A DNA stretch of 64,000 nucleotides, from contig OZ199838.1 in NCBI GenBank assembly GCA_964304625.1, forward strand, positions 5,219,145 to 5,283,144. The letters run 5' to 3'. This document shows positions 1 through 13,308 of this stretch, piece by piece (the first letter of the stretch is position 1; every line of letters begins with the position of its first letter). A program made the position numbers and the translations under genes. Source of the DNA: Kudoa neothunni (lineage: Eukaryota; Animalia; Cnidaria). The notes beneath the pieces are model-generated. The model saw nothing but the letters and a program-made list of their open reading frames with translations, was not told where the DNA came from and made no database searches.

Positions 1-83
1 ACGTGCTAGTTGAATTAAAAAAATTTTTTCCAAGTGCCACCCCTGGTATAATGTTACATTGTATATGTCGAACGGTGATGGGT

Positions 84-219
84 GGTACTTATATCCGGAA
101 TTATGATTAAATAGTTGTTCCGGTTTCAGGTTATCGAGATTCCGGATAATGGAACATTTACCAACATGTGATTTCAATAAAATTTAAAATATCTTCCGGG
201 TAATCGAGGTTCGAATGTA
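84..219. mobile_element. Degenerate terminus of a Tigger/pogo-like element or MITE
   Basis: Ends in ...GTAATCGAGGTTCGAATG-TA, the reverse complement of a CA(G/T)TCGAACCTCGATTA-type Tigger TIR followed by TA. Contains repeated CCGGATAAT-like subterminal motifs. The other end was not found in the window. Confidence 0.35.
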
Positions 220-372
220 TATACTTGAGTATAATTGTATACATACAACTCATGAATTCAATCAAAAACAATTTTTTTTTATTATGAAAATTGCAAAAAA
301 ATAAAACCCCATGTTTTAAAACACATTCTACAAATTATGTACAGTTATTACAGCTAAAACCCAACTTGAACG

Positions 373-1783
373 CTAACGTTTGAATGAACTATTTAAAGTG
401 GGATAGAAATTGGGTCTATGCATGAGAGGACCGCTTCTCGACTTGAGTCGTTTCAACGCTGCTTGTCTCCTCTCTTCAACTTCAGTCTTGGTGCTTTTGG
501 TACCTACTTTTGAACGATCCCCATTGCCAACATTGATCGAATAATCAGTCTTATCACACAGAATAATGGTATTTTTAGATTGATCCTGATGTTTGTTCAA
601 CGTTTGAGTGGCAATAACCTCCATTTCATGAAGCTGGTTTTCAAGCTCGTCAACATCATCAGTACCAAACAAATCATCATCCAACAGACTACATTTCTTT
701 TCAATAACCGATTCAGAAAGGCTCTTGTTAAGCTTTGGTTTCATTTGATTGAAACTTCGTTTAACCGTCGCATTGGAATCCAAATTCGTCAATGATGACA
801 CCTCAATATTTTCCAATAGACAATCCAAATCCGTATCAAGTAGGACGTCGTCATTTTCTTTTTCATTCGATAATTTAGCATCCGCCAAATGCAACAAAGG
901 AGGCGCCACAAAATTTGTGGCCATTTGTAATCCATCAATGTTCATGTTTTTACGATTCAACCCAACAAAAGGAGAAGATGTTTTCATTTTGAACAACTTT
1001 GTTGGCGAATCTATTTGGTTCCGCTCATAGAAATTATTAGGTTCGTGAAACAATTGAGCCATTTCTGCAGGAGGGAACGGATCCGAAAACATTTCATCCA
1101 ACATCCCATTCTCAGCATCATTTTTAATGGATAGCTTTGTAGGAGATTCCTTTCGAAATCCACACTGTAAACTCTCAAGTATACGAGCCATTTTCTTGCG
1201 ATTGTTGATTGTTGTAGAAGAGTTTGGTTTGCTGAATGAACATGAACATTGTTAATAAAAGATAGACTTACTGCTGATTTGAGTTAGTTTGGGGTGAACG
1301 ATGAACATCCGCCAAAATACCTACTTCCTTTGATTCCATCATTTTTCTTATAGTAGTTCTTTCCAGAGGGCTAGTCAATTTATTGATTTGTTTCTATACA
1401 ATCATTGAGATATAGAGGTGTAAAACGAGGAATGAAAGTAGAAAATTTAATTCTGCTCTTACATAAAATGTGTTAGATTTAGGAACTAGCTTGGATAATA
1501 AACGGGGTTGTGGTAAATTTTTTGAATTTGTATCCGGCTGTGAAGTAAAATCCCAAGTCACACAAGGTTTCAACCCCAAATTTTCATCTTCACTTGAATC
1601 AGTATTCGGATCCATTGCTTTTAAGCGGTGGCACTTAAATAACTCCCACTGATGAGTTATCTGAATGTCTAATTGTATAGCCGATCTAACAACAATAATC
1701 AGTGGCCAACTTTACGCATGAACCAACAGATCACACTTAATCCTTGTAGGGTTGCGCAATATTGAGCGTTGGCACGATTTCAT
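373..1783 (-). CDS. ETAA1: ETAA1-like ATR-activating / RPA-binding protein (3-4 exons; start at 1783 or 1615)
   Basis: In-frame GT-AG introns at 1232-1271, 1394-1462 and 1686-1715 join ORFs 373-1191 and 1394-1615. Motifs: N-terminal VTWDFTSQP (cf. ETAA1 IFWDQNSP), a central acidic LLDDDLFGTDDVDELE, and C-terminal EVEERRQAALKRLKSR (RPA32-binding type). The rest is low-complexity. Confidence 0.55.
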
Positions 1784-2140
1784 GTTTAGTCTACACATAT
1801 TTATATGATTGCTTAAATATATCTAGTATAAATTTTTTCTCTATTAATGAATGGATAAATCGCATGGCATTCTATCGGAAGAGTTGGTGGGTGCTGGAAT
1901 TCATTAAAAAGCTATTGAATTGAATTTTTCATTTAGTCATCTATAATTCCATTTAATATTTATGTTATGTATATTTTAACTTCGTTACTTTTGACTTATG
2001 AGTGAATTAAACCGAACATGTGACAAATTCATACAGAAATATTGTAAACAGTTTTTAATATAATGAAACATTTCTAGGGTATTACAGTAATGGACCGGTC
2101 GTATGTACATTAGTTATTTTACACATTAAATGGTTCGGCT

Positions 2141-5100
2141 ATTGTTTAGCGTGTGGCTCCCCATTTTTAGCGTTTTTCACGACTTTTTTTGTCGAAAGCG
2201 GCTATAAAAAATCTTATATGCACTTCTCATTTGGAGAGCATCAAAATGTTTCCCTAGAATTACAAAAATAAATTTTTCTTCTAATCATATCAATGATGGT
2301 AAAGTCAACAACATTATCCTCTTGTTAAACCTTGGCTTCTATATTTCACGATGAAGGAATATGAATGTGATAACAATTCGTGCACTTAAATGTTTATTTT
2401 ATTTTTTCATGATATTATAATGAAAACAAATTAAAAATAAGTCATTATAAAAGGTTGGTGTTCAGGCATGTAGTATATTGAAACTTTCTCCATCCTTATA
2501 GCATTTTTTCATTTTTATTTTATCCTAATTAAAGTTACATAATTATTTTTAGTATTATGAATTTTTATTGTCAACCTTCTACACTATTAGGGGAAATTAT
2601 TGAGCGTTCTTTGATATGTTGTCTCCTAAATTGTGCTTAAAGTGCTATTATTAATTGGAAGTTTTGCAATTAACTAAGATGACAGTTACTAAAAGTTAAC
2701 AACGGAGAATAATCTTTAGAAATAAAATTTATTTTGACGGATTATTATTATAAAATAAATTTTGTTTGGATATAAGTTGGTATCAATTTTGTATTCTCCG
2801 TTAAATGTAATATATTTTTTTATTATTAAATTTCTTTCTCTTCATTTTCCTGATTATTAATGGAACAAAGAATGATAAATATTGAGTTAAGGGCTTAGTT
2901 AAATAAACTAAAATCTACAATAACATTCTAACGTTTCCTTGACTCAAATTTAAGTTCAACTTCGAAATTAAATACGTATTCCATTTTTTTATGTTTAAAA
3001 CAAATATTTTGGTAAATATAGTATTAATTTAATTATTATATTCTAATGATGTCGAATATTAATACTTTTTTGTAATAAACAAAACTCAAACTAAATGCTC
3101 TTAATTTGTTGTTATTTGAAGGTTTTTTATAAAATAATATTTTAAAATTCATTCTTAAAATAGAAATCGATATATTTTTTATGTGAATACAAAGTATGAT
3201 TAATTTTTCTACCAAGCCGCGTTGGTGGTTTCTGTCCTTTTTATTTGCGGTGATGCAATGCTAACGCCTTTTTTTATTGAAAAATTTATATTGAGAAGGC
3301 GATAAAAAACAAGGAATCGGGATGTTGTATAACAAGTGATCTATGAAAGTTGAGTAATATCACAAATACTTATTTTATACTTTTTTATTTGGATATTTGT
3401 TTTATATAATTTCAATGAATTATATTAACGTTGGTATCGCTTTAAAAATAATACTTTTAAATAATAAATGATATACGTATCTAGATTTTGAATGAACTAG
3501 GGATAATGGTGAAGTTATTTATAACCATTCTTGAGGGTATAAATCCGTCCGTGCGCTGCGATTTTCAGCCACTGGGATAATAAAAAACATTTCCTACGAA
3601 AAGAAAACCAACTGCTTGTTTTATATATGACAAAAACCATCATCTGATAAGTGTATTTTGTGCATTCGAAGTCGGAATATTGAAAATGACAATCTTAGGA
3701 GAAGATGAATATTATGTTCTTGTAATCATTCACGGGACACTTTTTAGAAGTTATCAAAATTATTTTTCAGCTTTAATGATTGTAAAGTTTTGATCCGAAT
3801 AATAAATATCAAGAAATAGAGCCTGCCTCAAATTATTATACTTTTATAGTCAAAATATGAAGTTTAATTAAAAAAATATTAATTATAAAATGGTATGTAA
3901 ATAAAATATTAATCTAAATTGAAATATACTATATTTAGATAATGAAAAATAATTCGATGTTAACAACTGATCAAACAATAAAAAGATTATACAAACATAT
4001 CGTGTAATTATGTTTATTTTTCATGAATTAATATACATCAAAGAAAATTCCATTCTAACGAATGTTTTCATTTTTAAACATTCTTAAGAACCATTAAATG
4101 AGATGTTTATACATTTTCCAGTTAATAATTACAGTAGTGCAGGGATACTACGCACTTTTTTGGGACGAAACATTTAGGTGCGTAGTACCCCTGTATTACG
4201 TAGTATCCATGTCCGCGCGCGCCGCTGTATTTTGTATTTAACAGCCATAGTTGCCTACCCATATTAATGTTAACTCGTATATCTTTTGAAAAAATCAATA
4301 GTAAATACACGAAAAAAGAAATATATGGTGAATAAACTATAATAATTCGAAATTACACAGATTTTTTGAAATAATCGGTTATTTTATCGTTCTTTTGGGG
4401 ACCGCGTCTTATGTTGCAAATAGAAAAGTCTAATTTGGTTATATTTTCTAACATAGTTTGGTCATGAACAAAAAAAACTTCATCGATTTATTTAAATGTT
4501 CGATAACTTCATTAATGGAACAAATAGTGCTAGTTTGTTCATAATTTGCATCAGAAGACGATTCATCCATTGCATCGACTCCATTATTCATCGATTTAAC
4601 ACATTCTTTTTCTGGATCTCCAACTGAAATAACTTCTTCTTCATCAACACAGTCTCCAAGTTGATTTTCTGGTAAATTACTTTCAAACGAAGGAATGATG
4701 TCTGCTGAATCACAGTTATTAAAAAAGAATGATTTTTTAAAACAGTTTTTTATTGTTTCGTCAATCACTAATTGCCATGCTTCTTTAATCATATACATAG
4801 CTTCAGGTAAGTCTTTGAGGATCATCACTTAAATTGTTATCAGAAACATCCGTGGAATTAGAAATGGCTTTATTTATAAAATAATTTGTCAGATGATTTT
4901 TGTAAATACATTTAAAACTGTTAGTAATTCTCTTATCCAATGGCTGAAATACACTGGTTGTTTTGGGTGGGAAAAAACAGAGTTGGATGTTTGAAAAAAT
5001 CAAGCTGGTCATCCAAGCTTTCTTATTTGCGTAATAGGGAAGTGGGAGGTCCTTAATCTTCCGAAAGCAACGAGGTTTTTCATAGTTTCCAATTATTAAT

Positions 5101-6520
5101 AACGGTCTTTTTTCTCCTAACATCGAGCAAATGGCAGCAATAGTTACTCTTTTCTTCGATTTTTTGGAACCGTGCAAGTTTCCCTCCTTTTTAAATACGT
5201 AACCATACACTAAATTTCATATTGTGATATAAATTTAAAGTATATTTTACTTTTTCTTTGTTGATAAAATAGCCCAGTCTCACCCAAATTAAAAATATCT
5301 TTTGGGTCATAATTGTCAATCAACTTTAACAGTTGATCTTTCCAAGTGGAAACTATTTCAGGATTGACACTCTTAGACTCTCCTGTGACTTTGTTCTTCT
5401 TCAGCCCAACTCTTGAAGCAAATCCTTGAAACCAACCTCTACCAACTTTAGAAGTTGTTTTTTAACTTCAAATGAATAATCGTTAGCCTTTTTAATCATA
5501 TCATCCCTTGAGAGCTCGATATTATGAGCTCTCATTAACTCAATCCACTCCTTAACTTTGGAATCTAACGTGGAAAAATTCCCTTTTCTTAAGGTTTTTG
5601 TGTTGTGATCCAGGTCTCCAGAGTTCAAATCTTTCATAATAATGCTCCTTTTTAATAATATGCTATTCAAAGAAGATATCGATTTGAGATTAAATTTCTC
5701 AACGGTTTTAGTTTTTGAGCCACTGAATCCTTTTATGTCGTCGTAATAATTTATTATTTTAATCTTCTCATCTAACGATCGATATTTTTTCCGATCTCTT
5801 AGTTGCGTACTAACCATGTCGTTGGATATAATTGGGGGATTTTTAGTACGCAATTTCCATTAAGTGCGCAGTAAGCATGCAACCAAATTTTCTCTGGCTG
5901 TGAGCAAAATTATTATTAATAATATTGCTCAATTAAACGCTTTTAAGTTTATTTTACTATTAATAACAATATTATATATTATTAATAGGAAACCTTGTCA
6001 TAACATCAAAAAGTGCGTAGTATCCCTGCACTACTGTACTTCTTAGAGTCAAGGTTAGCCGACAATTTACCAAATAACACTCAATAATTGCTCTAAACGA
6101 TAGAGCGTTTCGAATGGAACGAATTATAATACAAAAAATAATTATTTTGCCTTAATTAAGCAAAAATTTAAATGAGAAAGTGTTATGAGTATGAAGAAAC
6201 TTTTAATATTCTATATTTCTGAACAACAGCCATTAATAATGACTTACTGCTAATTTTTTTAAGATAATATTATGTAAAAATAAAATAAATATTTAAGTGC
6301 ATGATTCGTATTCACATTCATATTTCCTCGTAGTGAAATATAGAAACAGGTGTTTAACATGAAGATTATATTGTTGAATTCACCATCATTAATATGATTA
6401 GAAGAAAAATTTATTTTTATAATTCTAGGGAAACATTTTGATGCTCTCCAAATGAGAAGTGCATATAAGATTTTTTATAGCCGCTTTCGACGAAAAAAGT
6501 CGTGAAAAACGCTAAACAAT
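2141..6520. repeat. Long inverted repeat (foldback); left arm about 2141-2800, right arm about 3950-4131 plus 6037-6520
   Basis: 2166-2290 is almost identical to the reverse complement of about 6395-6515. The alignment continues with falling identity to about 2640/6040 and resumes weakly on the other side of the Tigger insertion. Termini read TGTTTAGCG...CGCTAAACA. Confidence 0.85.
4132..6036 (-). mobile_element. Tigger/pogo (Tc1/mariner superfamily) transposon with a disrupted transposase
   Basis: Perfect 29-bp TIRs CAGTAGTGCAGGGATACTACGCACTTTTT with a TA TSD. ORFs 5401-5853 (HTH/CENP-B-like), 4803-5210 (KRVT...GEKRPLLIIG...KAWMTSLIF...FFPPKTTSVFQPLD) and 4448-4828 are broken by frameshifts and an internal deletion. 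A 41-nt intron lies at 5210-5250. Confidence 0.93.
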
Positions 6521-8170
6521 TATCAAAGGTTCTCTCGTATTTAAAATGATTTAATGTTATTATTACTCGTGTTAAATAAATTATAAGCATAATTAATGAA
6601 AAAAAAAACGAAAAATAAAAAATTATCGATGATCGGTCGTACGTACCTTTCTGCTTTGCCGCGTGATTAAATTGTGCGTTTTCTTTCTTTTTTTACCACG
6701 ATTAAACAATTAGTAAGTTTTTATAATTACATCAATATGGTAGCTAGTTAAAAAATGAAGGATAAACCTAGACACATGTTGTAGATACATATTAATGTGA
6801 ATTGTAATGATATCCTGTCTAATTCATAGATATAACAACGAAGCAACGGCAGTCCCTCCCCAATAATTCGGTAACGGATGATGATTTTATTGATCAAAAA
6901 TTGGGCCTTTCGGAGGTGACTTATTTCATTTAGAAGGGCAACTATTTTAAACATAATGGCTCAAAAAAGTGGGAGTTAATGCCTGGTTCTATTCAAGATG
7001 TTAATTCATTTTTAAATCGTAATTTTAAGCAAAAAATAATAGTTTTTCCATTAATATTTATGTTATAGATATTTTTGTGTTAAAAAATTTGCGCGCGTGC
7101 GCACAAATTCCAAACATCCGGCTGGCGGGTAGTACGTACGGCCGATCCATTACTGTAATACCATAATCTATAAAATAATATAGTGACATAATGCATAGTT
7201 TTAGAGCAAGTGAATAACCTCATAAAATCGATAACAATGAACCTAAACAATAAAATCTATATTATAAACTTGTTTTTAAAAATTGAATTTTGTAATGCGC
7301 TAGACAAACACAACTCACAAACAAACAACTAGTCAGAAAATAACGCCGCTTTTCCGATAACTACCGACTGTTAATATCACAAGAGGATTAGCATTACAAA
7401 TTTATCATGATAATTATTTCTTGAAAATGACGGGGTAAAGTTGGAATTTTTATTTTGGAGGTAATAATTTTGCGTAGAATTATATCAAAGACAGTTGCAT
7501 CGCAGTAATGTAAGTAATTATTGCATGGGGTTTATTTTTTTAATAATATAAGATAAATTAAATAAAATTATCGATCGATCGATATTAGTTATAATTTGCA
7601 TTTGGTAGAATATATGGTAATAAAAATTTTTGTTTCAAATTATTAATATTACGAATGGCTTCTATAAAATAACTTATGGTATTTCTAAAATTTTGGAATA
7701 TTTTTTTCGGCCATTTTTAGGTACTGGCCCATTTATTCTCTTATTTTTAAGTTAAAAATGTTTTTTAAATAAAAATAATTGGTATGAATCTTAAAAATTA
7801 TTTGTTCCTTATTTCGACTGAAACAGACGTTGTCATCAAACTAATCCTAATTTTTCATATGTTAAATCGTGGCTTCGTTAATTAAATAAAAAATGATATT
7901 ATTTTCGATTTTTAAAAACTGTTTTTTCATTGACTTACTTTTACAAGGAAATACCAGAAAAAATCATTTTTTGCAATATATTAATCTAAAGTGAAATGTC
8001 TAGTTTTATTTTTGAGACATTAAATTTCTTAATTGTTAACTACTGACAAAAAACAATTATTTGGAGAATTTAAATCTTATTAAGAATAATGTTGCGTTAT
8101 AAACAGCTGTTAATTATTTTACGAAGTGTAATTTCTCAAAAATATTTTTTTTATATATTAGCAACTCAAA

Positions 8171-8775
8171 TCAACTATATAAAGCAAACCGGTAATCCGT
8201 GTGTGTGTGTGTGTACGTACGCATTTTTCATTCTTTATAGAGAGACATATCGCTCCATTTGTGCATATGTATGGAAAGATAAAATTTTATCTTAATACAG
8301 GAAAATACGTAAGAAATTATAAAAAGTTAATTTTAAACGTACAATAGTGTTTAATTTACTTTAAAATTATTGAAAAGTAATTTAGTAATTGAATTAATTC
8401 AAATAAGGAAGGTTATATTAGGTTATGTAGCTAAACACTAATATGAAATTCATTTGTTGATGTTTAACAAGATTAGTCAAATTCATATGGTACGATTTAG
8501 AGATTACTGTGAACAACAAGGAGAAAGTCAATCTTTTAGCAGCTCTAAAGAGGAAATTATGAACGCTCAGTAGTGTTTATTCGTTTTAAAAATATTAAAT
8601 AATGTGCATGCGTTCAATTAGTTAAATAAATCATCCGTTAATTGGGTAATCTTTGTACTAATTATCTAAATACTCTTAATTTACTTTGAACTTCAAACGA
8701 CCTTGACCTACTCAAGGCTCTATCCTAGGGTAAGGCGGGCAAGGATGACCAAGCGAAGCGGGGTTTTTGTGCTAG
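8171..8775 (+). mobile_element. Non-autonomous Helitron
   Basis: A|TC 5' end (TCAACTATATAAAG), a (GT)n tract, a GC-rich 3' segment (CCAAGCGAAGCGGGG) and a CTAG|T 3' end. Shares TTATAGAGAGACAT with the 5' region of the 20644 copy. Confidence 0.7.
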
Positions 8776-9427
8776 TACATCATACAATAGAGATGTATTT
8801 TTTAAATAAAATTTAGTTAATAAAATATGGATGTCAAATTAATTATTGTAAAAATGCGTATTGATATTTATATCTAATTAGTTAATCAATAAATTCATTC
8901 ATTTTTGATTAGCCTAATAAAAGCTTCGGCCGGATATATAATGCAGATTCCTATGAATATTATCTAATTAATAACACATTTAAATAAAATAATAATTTTC
9001 GTCATGTAGAATCACGCAGTATCGAGACCTCACTGATTAATTTTTCCTCTGAGATAAATATTAGACTAGGTTGTATAATATTCGAAAAGTGTCACGGAGA
9101 ACATCATATTTATAGTTCAGCTAATATATTTACAAAATTAGAAATTAAGTTACATTCAGATGATCATCTACTTTAATCTCCATCCGCTTTAATGACAAAA
9201 ACAAGATACAACACTGAATATTGAAACAATGCAGTTAATTTTAATTAATACGATCAGCAAATTGCATTCAGTCTTGGAGATGGCCATTGATTGAAAAATT
9301 TAACAGTTTATTCCCACAATAAAAAATTGCTAATAATAACAGATTTTTAATAAATTAATTGCTCTTACATCTTAAGCTGAAAAAATCAAGTTATGCAAAT
9401 TGAAAAATTTTATATAAAAATCTAAGC

Positions 9428-11163
9428 TCATTCTGATGAATCACTCCAAGTGTCCAAATAGTATTTCTCGTTCTAAACGAAAATAAATATCAATAAAATA
9501 AAAAAATATCACTTCTAGATTAGAAATCTTTTTGGGAAATGGGCATCTCCATATGTTAATGTTGGGGCTGTGACCACTTGTAAAAACTAACTAAAAAAAT
9601 TAGAATAGAAGCGTTCAGACAGAACCAATGAAATACAGGATGATAAGGATGAAGTTTGATGATTTGTGTGTTGTGGTTGGAAAAGATTGAATTTTCGAAA
9701 ATTGTAACAGATTCTCCACATTCGAGAGTGTATGTGGCCGGAAATTTTCCGCCTGGTACAAATATTAAATCATCTTTGAGATAGGTTTCCGGTTGCATCC
9801 CAGAAGAAGCTATAGAATATTTTCTCGATTGAAAATATTCATTAATATTATCATTAAAAATAGTTGAAACTCGTTTTTGTGTCGAGAGATTCCAAATTTT
9901 AATGTTATGATCTTCACTCAACGATATAAGATAATTGAAACGAGTGAGAGCGCACATGGAAACAATCGCCGAATCATGAGCCAAAGGAAATTGGACTATA
10001 TACAAATTTACTCAAATTATTTATCGAGTGAAAATAAAAAAATAATGTTATCTATAGAAATCGAATTCTTAGATAATTTACTAGTATACAAAATGATGTA
10101 TAATACACATCAAATTATTAGGATAAAATTATACATTTTGAGATAAAATCATTTGTTTCAATATTGGTGTATTGGTTTAACCAAAACATAGGTGAATTCA
10201 CTTTACGAATATCCCAGGCTGAAATGTATCCTAAATTACTGAGTAATGTAAATGAACATTGAATTTTAATTGAAGGTTAAAGTACTCGCCAGAGAGTAAC
10301 ACATTTTCATCCACTCTAGACCAACACACATTTCGAATCGCAGCTCGACAACCTTGGAAAAATTGTTCCGCAATTTATAACGTTTGAATGACATCACACA
10401 AATACCTGTCAATTCGACAAGACTATTGCTAGTTCTCAAATCTATCAATTTTATTTGTTTATTGTTAAGCCCCACTAAAATTTATTTAAAACGAAAATTA
10501 GAATAAGAACAGAATATCACATGCTACAATAGAATGAAATTTAGCGACTGGTGACATTTGAAAAGAGTTGATCCTATATTTCGATGGAAATCGCGTCACA
10601 CACTATTTAAAAATAAATTCTGTAAGACCAGAATACACGTAATTACATAATATTCTTCGGTGTCCCATATCGATATTTCTTTATCGGAAGAGCACATAAT
10701 AAACATATCTGAATCGTGAGGGTACCACTGAACTTGAGAAATACTCAAATCGTTTAGCCTGGACCTAATTTTGATCTTATATTTTGATAAAAGCTACTTT
10801 TTAAAAATTGAGGGTCGTTTTGGTAGGTACGCATTACAGGATGTGAACAGGAATCCAATATCATAAAGTGAAATAATGTTGGGGCAACCCCCACCAACCA
10901 GAATCCTCAACAAATAATAGGTTAATTTTTCCAAATAAATTCAATTACAAATTGCCACTAATATCAATATCAAAATCTGTAATATAACGACTGTTTTGTG
11001 GAGGTACAAGTGGATTTGGAGTGAGAAGATTGAGCACTTTGTAAAATTCCGATCTGATCTGTATTTGATAAGAGATATGATAATGAATGTGTGGATTAGT
11101 TTGATGGATTTTGTTCTTGTACAGCTGCAATATTTTGTTTGGATCAAATTCGTGATGGTTCAT
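9428..11163 (-). CDS. ERCC8: Cockayne syndrome group A WD40 protein (CSA), multi-exon
   Basis: Exon peptides SQVQWYPHDSDMFIMCSSDKEISIWDT, FQMSPVAKFHSIVA, VGLNNKQIKLIDLRT, VCWSRVDENVLLSG, AWDIRK, AHDSAIVSM...SEDHNIKIWN and C-terminal DTWSDSSE* match CSA (VQWYPHDTGMF..., HHMSPVSTKHCLVAVG..., DAWSSSDEE). Confidence 0.88.
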
Positions 11164-12276
11164 TGCACATGGTACCTAAAAATAAATTGTTCGTGTTTTA
11201 TGTCCTAAGGAGTTAGGTGCGACATGACAGCGCATAATAATATAAAAAAATTATATTGAAAACATTTGTTTAATTATTGCTCGTGGAAATAATTAATTTT
11301 AGAATTTTGTTGTATTAATTAACTCTCAGTTCAAAGTACAGTAAAACTTAGTTATTTTATGAGTTTTTTGTAAGTAGATCGCTTATATTTATCTCAAATT
11401 TGCAAAACAAAAATAATATTAATGTATTAGGGGTTTTGTTGTAGAATATATTAATTAATTAATTCTATCATTATTCGACTAAATTGAATTATTTTTTTTA
11501 TTGAGCACGCATGCGCACAAATCATTCCTCTTGTACTCTTGAAATTCTTTTAACGAAACCGAATTCGAATAAGTACATTATTAAATACATATTAAGTAAG
11601 TTTTGGAGGCAAAAAAATTGGTTTTCACTTAATTCATTAATTATGTAAAATTGCCAAGCATGTAATGATCGTGAATAACTTATAAACATAATTTCCTAAT
11701 CTCAAAAATTAATAGTAGGAACTATTTATATGGTAATTTTTACTCCTAAACGCCATATAGGCATGCGCAATGAAAATTTACTCCAAAACAACTTTCACTT
11801 TCATTCACAAATTGTGTATCGGTGCCTCCCAATTCATATTAGTTTCCGCATCGCCTATGACTTATGGAGACAACTTCGCATCTCTTCTCAAAAAAGAAAC
11901 TATAAGACGAAAAAATATTTCGACTGAAATTACATGAAAATAAAAAAAAGAAGCATATTTTAAAGAGAAAACAAATGTAAACAAAATAACTCAAATTCAT
12001 CTAATAAGAAATGAAATGTTTTGACTTTTCTTATCTCTTGGGGAAATAACTAAGTCGAAATATAGATATTTATTGGATAAAGATATCCATGAAACATAAT
12101 TTAGGAATGGACTAGATATTTAATGTTTTAGTTTATAAATTTTTGGGGGGACAATTGGTTCTAATTTGAAGTATAAATATATAAAATGACTGAATAAGCG
12201 ACTAGAAAAAACTTAATTTCAACGCTAATTAAAGTTTAATTCTTATTTGTGTAATAATTTAATTAAAAAATAAATA

Positions 12277-13308
12277 CAGTATTGCAGAATTAGTATGTGA
12301 CATGGTTATTGCGCACTTTTAGACACACAGTGTCGGAAATTCACAATATATAACTTAATTATAGACATAAATCGTGAGATAACAGTAAAATATATCGATA
12401 AATATATTTATAGAAGTAGGAAATAATTTGTTCGTTGAAAAAATAGGAGTGCATGATTAGTACGCAGTAAGAAAATAGGACAAACTAACGTTTATTTGAA
12501 GAAAACATGTAGATTATTAAATAATTGGAAAAATTAGGAACTAAGAGTGGCTCTAAAGCGAACGTTGTTAAGCGCTCCGTCCTTAAATCAGTCACCATAT
12601 TGAATACAATTGTATCAATAAAATCAAAAATATTTGAGGGTTTTATTTCAAATGAGTGAAGATTTTATCGCATAACTCTTAGAAAAAAATTCAAACTACT
12701 CGATATAAAAATGAAGGAATGAATTGATCGAACTTTTGAGAACGAGAAATATAAAGCTGTCCAGAGAGTACAATAAAATAGGAAAATAAATTTTCCGATG
12801 GCATAAAAGAAGTCAAAAACGACAACACTCCTATAACTGTCGGTCTAGGACACTTACATGAGTTAACTTCGTGAGTTAGTCTAAAAACGAAAAAATTAAA
12901 TAGAACATCTAAAAAAAATAAAAGAAATTATTCACGATCCATCATACCGAAATTCTGGAACACATTACAAAGTTAAATTTTGACCTTTACAAAATAAAAT
13001 AAACTTCGTGAAAAACAAGAGGAATACTAAATTTCTTGTTGAACGAATAATTATGTCTAAAACTACCTTATATATTTAAAAAAAACTCTGTGAACAATAA
13101 AAAATTATTACAAAATTTTTTCACATATCCGTATTAACGTTATTATTAGTGCGACGGGAAAATAAATAAAAAAGCAGAAGAAGTGGTCGCACACCTACCC
13201 AGTTTTCCCCTGTATGCGCCGGCGCGACATCATGGATTTTAAGTAGTGCAGGGTTATTACGCACTCGAGTTTTTGTTCCAAAAAGTGCGTAGTACCCATG
13301 CACAACAG
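12277..13308 (+). mobile_element. Internally deleted, degenerate Tigger/pogo copy
   Basis: The right end CAAAAAGTGCGTAGTACCCATGCACAACAG-TA resembles the 4132 element TIR. The left TIR is degenerate (12277-12320). About 12470-12650 translates, with stops, to SGSKANVVKRSVLKSVTILNTI, homologous to SGSKTKTVEKFNLKSISSLNSI of the 4132 transposase. Confidence 0.7.

Larger units (their letters stand above)
2078..7162. mobile_element. Non-autonomous GG...CC DNA transposon, probably Merlin family, with nested insertions
   Basis: 31-bp TIRs: GGTATTACAGTAATGGACCGGTCGTATGTAC at 2078 versus the reverse complement of 7132-7162, GGTATTACAGTAATGGATCGGCCGTACGTAC. A decayed + strand remnant at about 6870-7020 (DDFIDQKLG...HLEGQLF*T*WLKKVGVNAW) resembles Merlin transposase C-termini. 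The TSD is not clean. Confidence 0.65.

Noticed and set aside
6040-6230. Repeated in-frame TAA in one frame of the inverted arms, suggesting stop-codon reassignment
   Set aside because: Real genes here end in TAA, TAG and TGA and have no internal stops. Decay in AT-rich DNA explains it.
11730-11937. Short ORFs next to a GGCATGCGCA motif
   Set aside because: No homology or splice support. The motif may belong to the ERCC8 upstream region.
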